Source: Octopus sinensis (lineage: Eukaryota). From it: 64,000 bases of DNA. The notes below the pieces were generated by a model. That model was not told the DNA's origin. It made no database searches and was given only the letters and a program-made list of their open reading frames with translations. The translations under genes were made by a program, and so were the position numbers. Shown piece by piece: positions 1 to 11,970 of this stretch. Each line of letters opens with the position of its first letter. The stretch's first letter is position 1. The stretch covers positions 23,560,001 through 23,624,000 of the forward strand of contig NC_043010.1 of assembly GCF_006345805.1 (NCBI RefSeq), given 5' to 3'.

Positions 1-1069
1 ATACACACACCATGCATATACCCACTTATCAGTTTCTCCTCCACCGCAAATTCCCATGCACACAGATATATGTACGGATGTCCTCTGTATACATATATAC
101 ACACATACATATATGCATATGTGTGTATGCGTGTGTGTGTAGAAACATACACCTATTATGCATATATATATAGAGAGAGATATATAGATATATATATATT
201 CACGTACACCCACATATATATAAATCTCTACACCGCGAATTCACATGTACACACATATATATATATATATATCTGTATTTCTGTGTGTATATGGATACAC
301 ACACACGCACGCTTACACACGCGCACGCTTACACACACATACATTGGTGTATTCTAAGATATACCTGCATCATTCTAGATGTGTTTCTGTAAATATATCT
401 GATTACTCATATACGCATAAGTTCCATGCAGATGTGACGATGTGCCATGGTGATATCATAAAATATACCACATCAGATATCACAGAGCAACTATCTAGAA
501 GAGTCTCTTCTAAGAGAGAAACCAGTGACATCTATTGAAAACACCGATGCTGCATGCTATAATGATTTCTCTAAGAAGAGCTGGCTTCCCAGATTTGATA
601 TTGATAAAGTCAGTTCTCACCTTCAACAAGTGTTTCTTATGTTATAAACACTTGTTCTGTAAATTTCTCGAGAGTCTTAACTTCAATCTTGCCATAGAAA
701 TAAAGTGACTGAGTTGCTGCGATTGAAATATTGAAACGCTGTCTTCTGCTGACGTCTATACATTTCTTCACAAAAGTCAATGGTCTCTATTGATTTTTTG
801 CACGTGCAAAACGCCACACAAACCGTAGCCTAATTTGTAGGGATAATTTTTTTAAAATTCTTCTCCTAAAATTTACAGTATAGATGGCGTGGATGCATAT
901 AAATTTCTATAGAGAAGCGAAACAAGTTCGTAGTTTAGTCCGATTCAAGGATGAATTTATTTAACTAAGTGTAACTCATCATATTTTCGTTGAGTTCAGT
1001 GCTGATGAGGTCATAATAAGAGTGAAACATATCAGTTTACCTCCGTACTTGCCGATAAAATTAGATGTT

Positions 1070-1309
1070 GATATCTGTCTATCTATCTATCTTTCTATCT
1101 GTCTATTTATCTATCTGTCTATTTGTTTCCCTTTTGTCTGTTTATTTATCCATCTATCTCTCTATCTGTCTCTCTGTCTGTCTATCTATTTATATGTCTA
1201 TCTGTCAATCTATGTAGATATTTCTGTGTCTGCCTCTCTGTCTATCTAAATATCTTTCTCTGTCTGTGTGTCTGTTTGTCTATCAACTTGTCTGCTTATC
1301 CATCTATCC

Positions 1310-1404
<95 letters not shown>

Positions 1405-1405
1405 C

Positions 1406-1460
<55 letters not shown>
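1070..1460. repeat. (TCTA)n/(TCTG)n microsatellite
   Basis: Degenerate then near-pure TCTA run (about 1305-1460); explains the YLSI-repeat ORFs. Confidence 0.95.
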
Positions 1461-1519
1461 CAACACAATTTTTTAAGCCTGGGATTTAATTATACTATCG
1501 GGATATTTTACAGGACCGC

Positions 1520-1772
1520 TACGTTAGCGGGACGGGGACAGACCAGCACCGGGTGTCAGGTGCCGGTGGGGGACAAACACAGTGACACACGCAGACAAAG
1601 ATGTGTATGTATACATGATAGGCTTGTTCCGTCCACCAAATTCTGTGAAAAGGATTTGCTCGGGCCGAGGCTATAGTAGGAGACACATACCCAAGATGGC
1701 ACGCAGTGAGACTGAACCTGGAACCATATGGTTGGAAAGCAAACGTCTTATCACAGAGCCACGCTTGCACAT
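1520..1772 (-). mobile_element. tRNA-derived SINE (family 1, partial)
   Basis: Diverged match to the better-preserved copy at 50216-50632 (gaggctatagtag...cccaagatggcacgcagtgagactgaacc...cacagagccac). Confidence 0.75.
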
Positions 1773-2156
1773 CTGTATATTTAGAGTACGTTGATGTAGA
1801 AAGTACTCTAATGATAAATGAACGCAAGCAATGAATATTAAACATGCTATTTATTCATTTGGGTCCATTTTTCCCCCTAGCCCTTTTCCAATGTGTAAGT
1901 GCGTATACATGTATATGTTTGTGGTTGGCTTGTGTGTGTGTGTGCGTGAGTGTATCCGTGTGCGTGTGTGTGTGTGTGTGCGCGCCTGTGTGTGTGTCTG
2001 TGTGCTTGTGTGTGTTTGTGTGTGTGTCTGCGTGTGTGTGTATGCGTGTGTGTATGTACGTCTGCGTCTGTGTGTGTATGTGTGTGTGTGCGTGCGTACC
2101 TGCGCGTGTATTTGCGTGTTTTTGTATTGAATTATCGTGTAAGATAAGAAAATAAG

Positions 2157-2194
<38 letters not shown>

Positions 2195-2236
2195 TAATAT
2201 ACACATATCAATAGTATATATTTATACACCCAAATA

Positions 2237-2281
<45 letters not shown>

Positions 2282-2403
2282 CAACAATCAAGGAACGGCC
2301 ATAATAGGCATTCATTCACCCACTAGAAATAACAGCCAAAGCTTCAACCGCAAATAAGATCAATTCCGTAAACGGAGAAATTTTAAAAAACATTTACCCT
2401 GTA

Positions 2404-2510
2404 ATTTCTTGTACGATGCACCGTTTCGTCTGCTGTTTAATGGTAAACTAACCTGATTAAATTAAATCAAGCTAATCTTCCATAGGCCCTCAGATTCTTC
2501 AGCAAGAATA
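2404..2510 (-). ncRNA. Type I hammerhead ribozyme motif (array unit, stem I shortened to 6 bp)
   Basis: Reverse complement of the 3512-3618 motif, with a 1-nt deletion in one stem I strand. Confidence 0.6.
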
Positions 2511-2894
2511 GCCAAGTCGGAACAGATATTTTCACGAGGCATTTCCGACCCTGCCAAGGCAATATCTGACCTAAAATTTTCAAATCGTCGCACTCGCGCC
2601 AAATTTATCGGCAGCAAATAAATATAAGCCGTCGATTCCATTACGGAATTAACCAGAAAATTCATAATTAATCAATATAGGGTGGTGAAAAAAATTTTGT
2701 AGAATTCTTTTTGCCACCAGCGGCCTAGTGGGAAAAAATTAAATAGTCATAGACCATTTTTAAGTTCAACATCAACAATCAAGGAACGGCCATAATAGGC
2801 CATTCACCCACTAGAAATAACAGCCAAAGCTTCAACCGCAAATAAAGATCAATTCCGTAAACAGGAGAAAATTTAAAAAAACATTTACCCTGTA

Positions 2895-3001
2895 ATTTCT
2901 TGTACGATGCACCGTTTCGTCTGCTGTTTAATGGTAAACTAACCTGATTAAATTAAATCAAGCCAATCTTCCATAGGCCCTCAGATTCTTCAGCAAGAAA
3001 T
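2895..3001 (-). ncRNA. Type I hammerhead ribozyme motif (array unit)
   Basis: Reverse complement of the 3512-3618 motif with the full 8-bp stem I. Confidence 0.7.
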
Positions 3002-3511
3002 AGCCAAGTCGGAACAGATATTTTCACGAGGCATTTCCGACCCTGCCAAGGCAATATCTGACCTAAAATTTTCAAATCGTCGCACTCGCGCCAAAACGGT
3101 GCAGACGAAACGGTGCATCGTACAAGAAATTACAGGGTAAATGTTTTTTTAAATTTTCTCCTGTTTACGGAATTGATCTTTATTTGCGGTTGAAGCTTTG
3201 GCTGTTATTTCTAGTGGGTGAATGGCCTATTATGGCCGTTCCTTGATTGTTGATGTTGAACTTAAAAATGGTCTATGACTATTTAATTTTTTCCCACTAG
3301 GCCGCTGGTGGCAAAAAGAATTCTACAAAATTTTTTCACCACCCTATATTGATTAATTATGAATTTTCTGGTTAATTCCGTAATGGAATCGACGGCTTAT
3401 ATTTATTTGCTGCCGATAATTTGGCGCGAGTGCGACGATTTGAAAATTTTAGGTCAGATATTGCCTTGGCAGGGTCGGAATGCCTCGTGAAAATATCTGT
3501 TCGACTTGGCT

Positions 3512-3618
3512 ATTTCTTGCTGAAGAATCTGAGGGCCTATGGAAGATTGGCTTGATTTAATTTAATCAGGTTAGTTTACCATTAAACAGCAGACGAAACG
3601 GTGCATCGTACAAGAAAT
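3512..3618 (+). ncRNA. Type I hammerhead ribozyme motif (array unit)
   Basis: Stem I ATTTCTTG(3512-19)/CAAGAAAT(3611-18); core CTGAAGA (3520-26); stem II TCTG/CAGA with a long insert and an A.C first pair; GAAA (3595-98); stem III ACGG-TGCA-TCGT; cleavage triplet GTA (3608-10). Confidence 0.7.
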
Positions 3619-4001
3619 TACAGGGTAAATGTTTTTTTAAATTTTCTCCTGTTTACGAATTGATCTTTATTTGCGGTTGAAGCTTTGGCTGTTATTTCTA
3701 GTGGGTGAATGGCCTATTATGGCCGTTCCTTGATTGTTGATGTTGAACTTAAAAATGGTCTATGACTATTTAATTTTTTCCCACTAGGCCGCTGGTGGCA
3801 AAAAGAATTCTACAAAATTTTTTCACCACCCTATATTGATTAATTATGAATTTTCTGGTTAATTCCGTAATGGAATCGACGGCTTATATTTATTTGCTGC
3901 CGATAAATTTGGCGCGAGTGCGACGATTTGAAAATTTTAGGTCAGATATTGCCTTGGCAGGGTCGGAAATGCCTCGTGAAAATATCTGTTCCGACTTGGC
4001 T

Positions 4002-4108
4002 ATTTCTTGCTGAAGAATCTGAGGGCCTATGGAAGATTGGCTTGATTTAATTTAATCAGGTTAGTTTACCATTAAACAGCAGACGAAACGGTGCATCGTA
4101 CAAGAATA
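4002..4108 (+). ncRNA. Type I hammerhead ribozyme motif (array unit, stem I 6 bp)
   Basis: Same motif; predicted cleavage after A4100, 490 nt after the previous site. Confidence 0.62.
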
Positions 4109-4355
4109 CAGGGTAAATGTTTTTTTAAATTTTTTCTCCTGTTTACGGAATTGATCTTTATTTGCGGTTGAAGCTTTGGCTGTTATTTCTAGTGGGTGAA
4201 TGGCCTATTATGGCCGTTCCTTGATTGTTGATGTTGAACTTAAAAATGGTCTATGACTATTTAATTTTTTCCCACTAGGCCGCTGGTGGCAAAAAGAATT
4301 CTACAAAATTTTTTTCACACCCTATATTGATTAATTATATATATATATATATATA

Positions 4356-4901
4356 CGAGCAAAACGCCCCCGGCCAATGGACGGTGCTGGGTTGTCAGAC
4401 ATTTAAACTAAATTTTCTCAGAACAACTTGTCCGACCGTCCCATAGCATCCCCCTTCCTTTGAGAAACACTGATTTAACCTAAATTTTAGACATCAGCAA
4501 AGAAAAACTATTTTATTCACACAAATATGCAACCGAAGAGTTGCATATCTTGTTTGCATCTTACATTTTTGGTCTCTTAAATATACTGCATCTTGTGGCA
4601 TTATTTCAAGCCAGCCGGCTTTCTTTTGCGCAAACTGCACGTGCATTTTTCTCGCGTACGCGTGGTATCGATCACAAAAGCCGATGTACTTGCACGTACA
4701 AATGCACGTTCCCACGGCTTTATCGATCGTATCCTCACCTGGAAACCTGGAATCGATTTTCATAACTTTTTCAAGACTTATACACGCCTTGATACTGTCG
4801 GTATCTAAATACCAAATTTGAGCGCAATCGGATGGAGGATGCCCGACGAGATCCTAGAAGACACACACACTGACAGACAAAACGGATTTTACATAATAGA
4901 T
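4356..4901 (-). mobile_element. Non-autonomous Helitron/Helentron-like (DINE-1/Lep1-like) element
   Basis: Minus strand starts ATCTATTATGTAAAATCCG..TGTCTGTCAG, contains CCGATTGCGCTCAAATTTGG, and ends in a GC-rich hairpin-like segment plus GCTCGT. Confidence 0.5.
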
Positions 4902-4926
4902 ACACACACACATACACACACATACA

Positions 4927-4974
<48 letters not shown>

Positions 4975-5630
4975 ATATATATTTATATATATATATATAT
5001 ATGTACGTATGTATTATATATATATATATATTTGAATGTGCTAGTATGTATGAAATATATAAAAAAAAAATGAGACCTGTTGAAATCGTAAATTGGAATT
5101 TGTTGTGAAAAAACGAATAAAAACATAAATAAAAGAGAAAAAGAAACGCATGTTATTAAAAAGGAATGGTGGATGGTAAATGATGGAATATAAAAGAATC
5201 AGTCTAGTCAGAAGGCATTACCGATGTGTAAACATCGGAATGGCATTTGCGCGTCTTTTTATAACAGGAATATGTTTTCTAAGTGTTGAGATTGGCAGCA
5301 GAATCTGCAACAGTTTACTTAGAGAACGAAAAGAAGGAAAATAAGAAAGAAAGATAGAAATCAAAGAAAGTGGGGGTGGGGTAGGGTGGAAGAAAAGAAG
5401 AAGAAACAAAAATGAGAAGAAAAAAGTACAAAAAATGAGGGGGAAATTAAATAAATGTATATAAAATGTATATGTTCCTGCTATAGACAGCCCTTTGCGT
5501 CTTTTCGATAATAACAAATATAATCTAGTGTACATCTACTTAACACAAAATCTATCGACCGAAAAACCATCCTATATTCTCTCAATACAGTTTTGAGCGG
5601 GGAAGGTAAAAAGCATATACAATACATGCA

Positions 5631-5634
<4 letters not shown>

Positions 5635-5701
<67 letters not shown>

Positions 5702-5724
5702 ATGGATGTATTGTATATATATAA

Positions 5725-5772
<48 letters not shown>

Positions 5773-5827
5773 TTATATGTAAGCATGTATGTCTATGTAT
5801 AGTTTTATGTGTATGTATGTATATATT

Positions 5828-5878
<51 letters not shown>

Positions 5879-6234
5879 CATATATATCTATATGTCTATA
5901 AATATACCAATGAATATATATGAATAAATATATATTCATTGATATACATAAGTGTGTGCGCGTGTGTGTACATATATGAATATACACATGAACATATATA
6001 GATATATTTATCTATGTATGCGTATAAACACACACACATATATATATACATACATACATATATCTATGCATATATTAATATATATACAAATATGTACTTT
6101 AGAAGCACACTCACACGCAAATATATATATACATATATATATGTTTGTATGTATGTATATATATACATTCATATATATATACATATATATATATAGTGTG
6201 TGTATATATATTTCTATATTTATATGTATGTATG

Positions 6235-6310
<76 letters not shown>
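5635..6310. repeat. (TA)n-rich low-complexity block
   Basis: Interrupted TA runs; source of the YIYI ORFs. Confidence 0.9.
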
Positions 6311-6314
<4 letters not shown>

Positions 6315-7110
6315 GGCAGTACATAATCTCTATATACATTTATGTATATGATCTCTGTGTAGGTTTCTGTGTATTTATGTGTGTTTTGTGAGTCTCTGTG
6401 TGTGTGTTTATGTAAAATGAAAAACTAGGTACATCAATTTGTATCAGTCCATAAAAATACGATGATAAATCATATAAGAAATGGAAACGAAACTCTTGTA
6501 ATATTCAGTTATTTGAAATCAATTTTCGTTATGGTCTACGGAACGATTGTACACTAAATCCATCTGCATTCGCTAGAAAATGCTTCCATTACTGAAATGA
6601 GGTAGCAAAGCTTTTACATCAGATTATCAAATGATCAATAGTTTGGTTTAAAACGTAGACTATATTTTCAGACAAAATACTTTGCGTTAGCTTTGGGATG
6701 TAAACAGATGTGGAGATGATGGCGACGGCGGTGGTAGTTTTCGATGGTGGTGGTCGTAATGGAGGTAGTTTCGTCGGGGAAGATACGAAGAGGTGGGCTT
6801 GGGTTAACAAATAAACCTTAGGCAAACATTATTTGCTTCGTTGTTTTTCCTTTCTTCTTCTTGTTTATTCGTTATTCGGTTTTCGTGAAATAATTGATTA
6901 ATAGTTGAAAAATAGTGTACGATGACTTTAGTAAACATTCTTACCAAGTGAAATGTTCTGACACGCAGTTTTCTTCCTTCCTTCCTTTTCTCTTTCTTTC
7001 TTTCTTTCTTTCTTTATGTATTTATTTAATAACTTATCTATTTATATATTAATATATTCGTTTGTTTGTTATATTAATTTAAATGTCCATTTGACAATAA
7101 ATGTTCAAAT

Positions 7111-7449
7111 TATTGGGTTGTCCGGAAAGCTCGGCTGAGATGTATCACCTCTCCCTCCATATTCTCCAGATATTGCTCCTTCGGATTTCCACTTATTCAG
7201 GTCTCTGCAGAATAGTCTTAATGGTAAAAATTTCAATTCCTTGGATGACATAAAAAGATACCTTGATGGATTCTTTGGCATGAAACTACCTCAATTCTGG
7301 AAGCGGGTATTTTCAAGTTAAAGGAAAGATGAAGACGCATTGTGTAGCAAAATGGTTTATATTTGGTTGATTAAAAATGTAATGGCAAGTATTTATTGTC
7401 CTTTCTCTTCCCTTTAAAAATCTGCTCGAACTTTCCGGACAACCCAATA
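7111..7449 (+). mobile_element. Internally deleted mariner element with transposase C-terminal remnant
   Basis: TIRs TTGGGTTGTCCGGAAAG / CTTTCCGGACAACCCAA with TA on both sides; internal frame reads PPYSPDIAPSDFHLFRSLQNSLNGKNF (mariner YSPD(L/I)AP motif). Confidence 0.9.
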
Positions 7450-7571
7450 TATTGAAAACCGTTGGTGTTCCCCAGTTAATTTCTACATCGAAATTTCTTA
7501 GACATATTAATATTGTGTAATGCAGTCCCATCTTTACAAGTAAGATTTAAAAAACAAAACAAAAAACAACT

Positions 7572-7857
7572 GCGGTCTTCCGTCGCTTACGATGACGGAC
7601 GTTTCAGTTGTTACGATCAGCGGAAAAGCTTGCTCGTGAAATTAACGTGCAAGACACGCGTAACCTTAACTTAGATCTCGAAGAGATTCAGTGTTATACA
7701 GAATGTGACAAGTCTGACCCTTTCAATTAAATTTATATCTCATTTTTGCCAGCTAAGCGCACTGGAGCAACGTGAAATAATATGTCTTGTTCAAGGATTC
7801 AGCACACCGCCTGGAATCGAGCTCACGACTTTAAAACCGTGAGCCAAATATCCTAAC
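7572..7857 (-). mobile_element. tRNA-derived SINE (family 2, degraded)
   Basis: Reverse complement similarity to 19043-19325 (gcttgctcgtgaaattaacgtgcaag; gaatgtgacaag); tRNA-like head at about 7800-7857. Confidence 0.6.
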
Positions 7858-8089
7858 GCAGAATCAAACTAGGTGGACATAAAAATGGCATTAAAAAAAA
7901 CGCTTAATGCTCACACGAAATAGTTTCACATAAAAGTCTTTGAGATCACTATCCAAATCAAAAGAATGGCTCTCATAATCCCAGGGACAAATTCTGATAA
8001 CTTTTCAACGCTTAACCACCGAATCTTTCTCAAAGATGTTATGTGTGAGAAATGAAAATTTGCGATCAATTTACCACGTTTGATAAAAT

Positions 8090-8368
8090 TTTGCTGAACC
8101 GCTCAGTTACGGGGCGTAAACACACCAATACTGATTGTGAAGTGGTTATAAGGTATAGACACACACACACACATACACGAACACACGCACACGCACATAG
8201 ATATGTATATATGACAGGCTTTTTTGCGTTTCCGTTTACCAAGCCCACTCACAAAGATTTGGTTAGTCCGAGGTTATAGCAGAAGAAGCTTGCCCAAGGT
8301 GCCATGCAGGGGACCTGAGCCCTTGTGGGTGGGGACCAAGCTTCTTGCAACACAGCCACGCCTGGGCT
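8090..8368 (-). mobile_element. tRNA-derived SINE (family 1, partial)
   Basis: gaaccgctcagttacgggg...ccactcacaaag...ttgcccaaggtgccatgcag...cacagccacgcctg matches 50216-50632. Confidence 0.75.
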
Positions 8369-8498
8369 TTATGTGTAAATACTACAAAGCAAGGCGGAAA
8401 AAGATGGCATTCATTTGTGACTCCCGTTTGATATTGTAGATCACGTGATGAGATTTAATGTACTTTGTAGCGGATAGATATCTAAGAGAGTATATATA

Positions 8499-8831
8499 TT
8501 ACGGAGATGTACTTGCATAGCAAGTAACCTGATCTGAGACTGTGCGCTAGAACGAAAACAATTGCAGTATAGAAGGTGTTTTTAATCCATTTAAAAACAC
8601 ACAAAAGCCGTTAGATTCACTTCAACATTTAAATTTAATTTATCAAAATATTTTCGTTGCTTTGAAACCGTGACCTGTTCACTGATGCAGCAGGAAGTTT
8701 TGTTAGTGAACAGGTCGCGGTATCAAAGCGACGAAAATATTCTGGCAAATTAAATTTTAATGTTGAAGTGAATCTAACGGTTTTGTGTGTTTCTTAAATG
8801 ACTTATAAACACCTTCCACGCAGCAATTGTT
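8499..8831. mobile_element. Fold-back element (arms 8557-8685 / 8704-8831 plus one-sided extension), same family as 49271-49602
   Basis: ~129-bp imperfect inverted repeat; both ends abut (TA)n; same breakpoints as the 49-kb copy in the opposite orientation. Confidence 0.8.
8699..8749 (+). ncRNA. Minimal hammerhead motif, G3-C8 core variant
   Basis: TTTGTTA GTGAACA G GTCGC-ggtatcaaa-GCGAC GAAA ATATTC TGGCAAA. Stem I has two G.U pairs, stem III is the palindrome AATATT, and the triplet is TTC. Confidence 0.55.
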
Positions 8832-8837
8832 ATATAT

Positions 8838-8881
<44 letters not shown>

Positions 8882-9021
8882 CGTTTTATTTTCGGCTGGA
8901 AAGAGTAGATCCTTTTCATGCGCATTCATCTATATTTGTGCACAGGAATATGTATGTGTGTAATGTGTGAATAAGTATGTCCCTAGTATTTGTGTATTTG
9001 TGTATAATATATATATATTAT

Positions 9022-9123
<102 letters not shown>

Positions 9124-9519
9124 GTCCGTGCATGTGTGTATGTGTGCACATATGGACGTTTACACAAAAATAACGTGAAATCAGTTAACATCTGAGGTTG
9201 AGAAATGTACATTTTTAACGTTTCGGACGTATACCTTTCATTAAAAAAGGATAAAGAGAGAGAAAGGAAAAAGAGAGCGGAAAACAAAGAAAACGAGAAA
9301 AAAATGGAAACTAATACCAGAAAAAGACGAAAAACCGAAAAGCAATCAGGCGCCATTATATTTTTAAATAATTACTTTACATACTATTCAGCAGGATAAT
9401 AAATTTCACATGTTTGTCAGGAATTAACAAGCGACTGACAGACATGAGTGCCACTATGACTATAGTCATCACTGCGACTACCACTCAACAACACCACAAC
9501 CACATCCGCCACCACCATC

Positions 9520-9677
9520 ACCGTTACAGCAACAACAACAACAACAATTAGAAAAACAAACAACAAAAATTACCACGATTACTACTACTACAACAACAAC
9601 AACAACAACAACAATTAGAAAAACAAACAACAAAAATTACCACGATTACTACTACTACAACAACAACAACAACAACA

Positions 9678-9745
<68 letters not shown>

Positions 9746-9880
9746 TACTGCTGCTGTTGCTACTACTACTACTACTGCTCCTACTACTAATACTAATACT
9801 GCTGCTGCTACTACTACTACTACAATAGCAACAACAGCAACAATAGCAGCGACAACAAAAGCAACAGCAACAACCGTTAA
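9520..9880. repeat. Compound (CAA)/(TAC)/(TAA)/(CAG) microsatellite with a 67-bp tandem duplication
   Basis: aattagaaaaacaaacaacaaaaattaccacgatt occurs at about 9546 and 9613. Confidence 0.9.
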
Positions 9881-10269
9881 TCACCAAGGCTTCCAGCAAG
9901 CAATTAAATCGTCTTTCTTAGCACTAATGGCGTATTTTATGCAATCTGTTGTTTAAAGTAGTAATATCTGCGAGGTTACACCTTCCGACAATGTTGTGGT
10001 TGAATATACCGTAGCGTTGGTTCTGTTGTCTAAAACACCAGGCTTCATATTTTTTCTTTATTTTCTCCTCGTCGTTTCTCTACGGCCTTTCCTTCTCCTT
10101 TTTCTTACTTTCTCTTTTCCCCCCTCCGACATCTTTTCTTCTTTATACTCCGCCTCCGCCTCCGTTTCGACGATCAGCCTCTTCATCCAACTTACCTATT
10201 ACATACCTATTCATTCTACTCTTCCTCGCTCTCTTCATCATCAACATAAATTCCAGCCACCATTGCCAT

Positions 10270-10590
10270 TCTCCTCGTCGTCGTCATCGGCCTCCTCCTC
10301 CTCCTCCTCCTCCTCATCATCATCATCATCGCCATCATTGTCATCATGATCATCATCGTCATCAGCAGCATCAAAAGTACAACAGCAGCACCGTCGCCGT
10401 CGTTGTCATCATCATCATCATCATCAACAACAACATCACCATCATCACCATCCTCATCTACCACCACCATCGTCATCAATACCATCACCATCCTCATCAC
10501 CATCATCATTACCACCACCATCGTCATCAATACCATCATCATCACTACCACCACCATCATCATCAACGCCATCATCATCATCATCGTCGT
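10270..10590. repeat. (CAT)/(CAC)/(CTC) trinucleotide low-complexity block
   Basis: Direct inspection. Confidence 0.9.
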
Positions 10591-11280
10591 CGTTATGTAT
10601 ATTTCTTGTCCGCTTCTCACTGTTGCATTGACGTCATCGACAGTATTGTTTGAGTTTTTACTTAATTCATTTTATTGTTTTGTCTCTCTTCCGTTTGTCT
10701 TGTCTCCATCGTGATTATTTCTAACAATCTTGTGATTCCAACACAATCTCTATCCGTCTATCGTAAGGTGTAATATATGGCTATATATACATAGATACAT
10801 GTACACGCACACACACACACACACACACACATGAGTATATATGTATATATATATATATATATATAATATATATATATATACTTTATTTAAAGCAGCAGAA
10901 AATTCAACAAAATCTGTTACTCTGAGTTTTCCGTTGCCGTTCATCGGACAGTTTTTGCTAGAATGGAACCGATATGTCAATTCTATCCAGACTATTACAA
11001 ACGCTACACCTTTAAAATAAAATGGACTTGTTTGATTGGCCCTTTAGAAATAACGTTCAATCTTCGAGCGATAAACAAAAATGAGCTCAAAAATATATAT
11101 ATGTATATATATAAAAAAATTATAAAAATTATAAAATTCGAGGAAAAACCTTACATTGAATAAAATACATATTGACCTTAATGAAGGAAATATAATTAAT
11201 ACATGGAAATTAAAATGCATCAAAAATATTACACTGCAATACATATTCATGTTAAAGTATACATATATATATCAACATTA

Positions 11281-11897
11281 CATTTTACTTGTGCTTCTGA
11301 AAACATAATTTATGTCATAAGGTGCTCGAGCTGCCACCAAAACTACGTGGGGTCCACGGGATTATCACTCAGACATAGATGCACTCTGCATCGGCAACAG
11401 ATTGCATTCCCAGAATACAGAATGACACCCTTTAGTGAGCATATTGAGAAATGCGCAAAATAACTACTACCAGAATTTTTAATCTTTCCATTCTATCAAT
11501 GTGCTATTGGAACACCAACACAAATTAGATTAAACAAGGAAACATTCTTCATTGAAAAATATAAGCCTGAACATAACCATTCTAACATTCTTATACGGAG
11601 AAACTCATCTCATTACAAAAGGGAAAAGAAATATAAAGCGATTATCTCCCTTATACCGGAAGAAATCGCTTAATACCTCCCCCTGCCTGGAACTCTTCTT
11701 TGCACTGCATAACGAAGACATGACACGATGTATGTAAAGACATTTGAGAAATTTGAAAAGTTAACACGAAACCGGTAATTTCACCCAAAACTATGTTACT
11801 ATATGCGAAATTTTATAATATTCTTCTAACATAACGACTTAAATATATTCTTTAACCTTATAAAACAAGCCTTCTGTAGTTTTTTCACTCTTTTCTA

Positions 11898-11900
<3 letters not shown>
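11281..11900 (+). mobile_element. Neptune-type PLE 3' fragment (GIY-YIG + 3' UTR)
   Basis: FTCASENIIYVIRCSSCHQNYVGSTG...EKCAK then a premature stop; near-identical to the 20.1-23.7 kb element. Confidence 0.9.
11748..11782 (+). ncRNA. Minimal hammerhead motif, U3-A8 core variant
   Basis: GAAAT TTGAAAA GT-taac-AC GAAA CCGGTA ATTTC; stem II covaries with the GC/GC stem of the 23467 copy. Confidence 0.6.

Positions 11901-11970
<70 letters not shown>

Larger units (their letters stand above)
2281..4338. mobile_element. Tandem + inverted array of a ~490-bp unit with one hammerhead per unit (candidate non-LTR retrozyme)
   Basis: tcaacaatcaaggaacggcc recurs at 2281 and 2772 (period 491). Orientation flips at about 3095-3101. 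gcagacgaaacggtgc recurs at 3101, 3589 and 4079 (periods 488 and 490). (TA)n on both flanks. Confidence 0.8.

Noticed and set aside
2462-2665. 67-aa ORF in the 490-bp unit
   Set aside because: The frame depends on a 1-nt indel that differs between copies, and it has no recognisable motif.
2281-4338. CRISPR array or plain satellite interpretation
   Set aside because: There are no unique spacers and the context is eukaryotic; the per-unit HHR and inversion fit better than a simple satellite.
9205-9250. Hammerhead-like ...GG-tatacgt-CC GAAA CGTT AAAA on the minus strand
   Set aside because: The core lacks G5 and cannot be read as NUGANNA.
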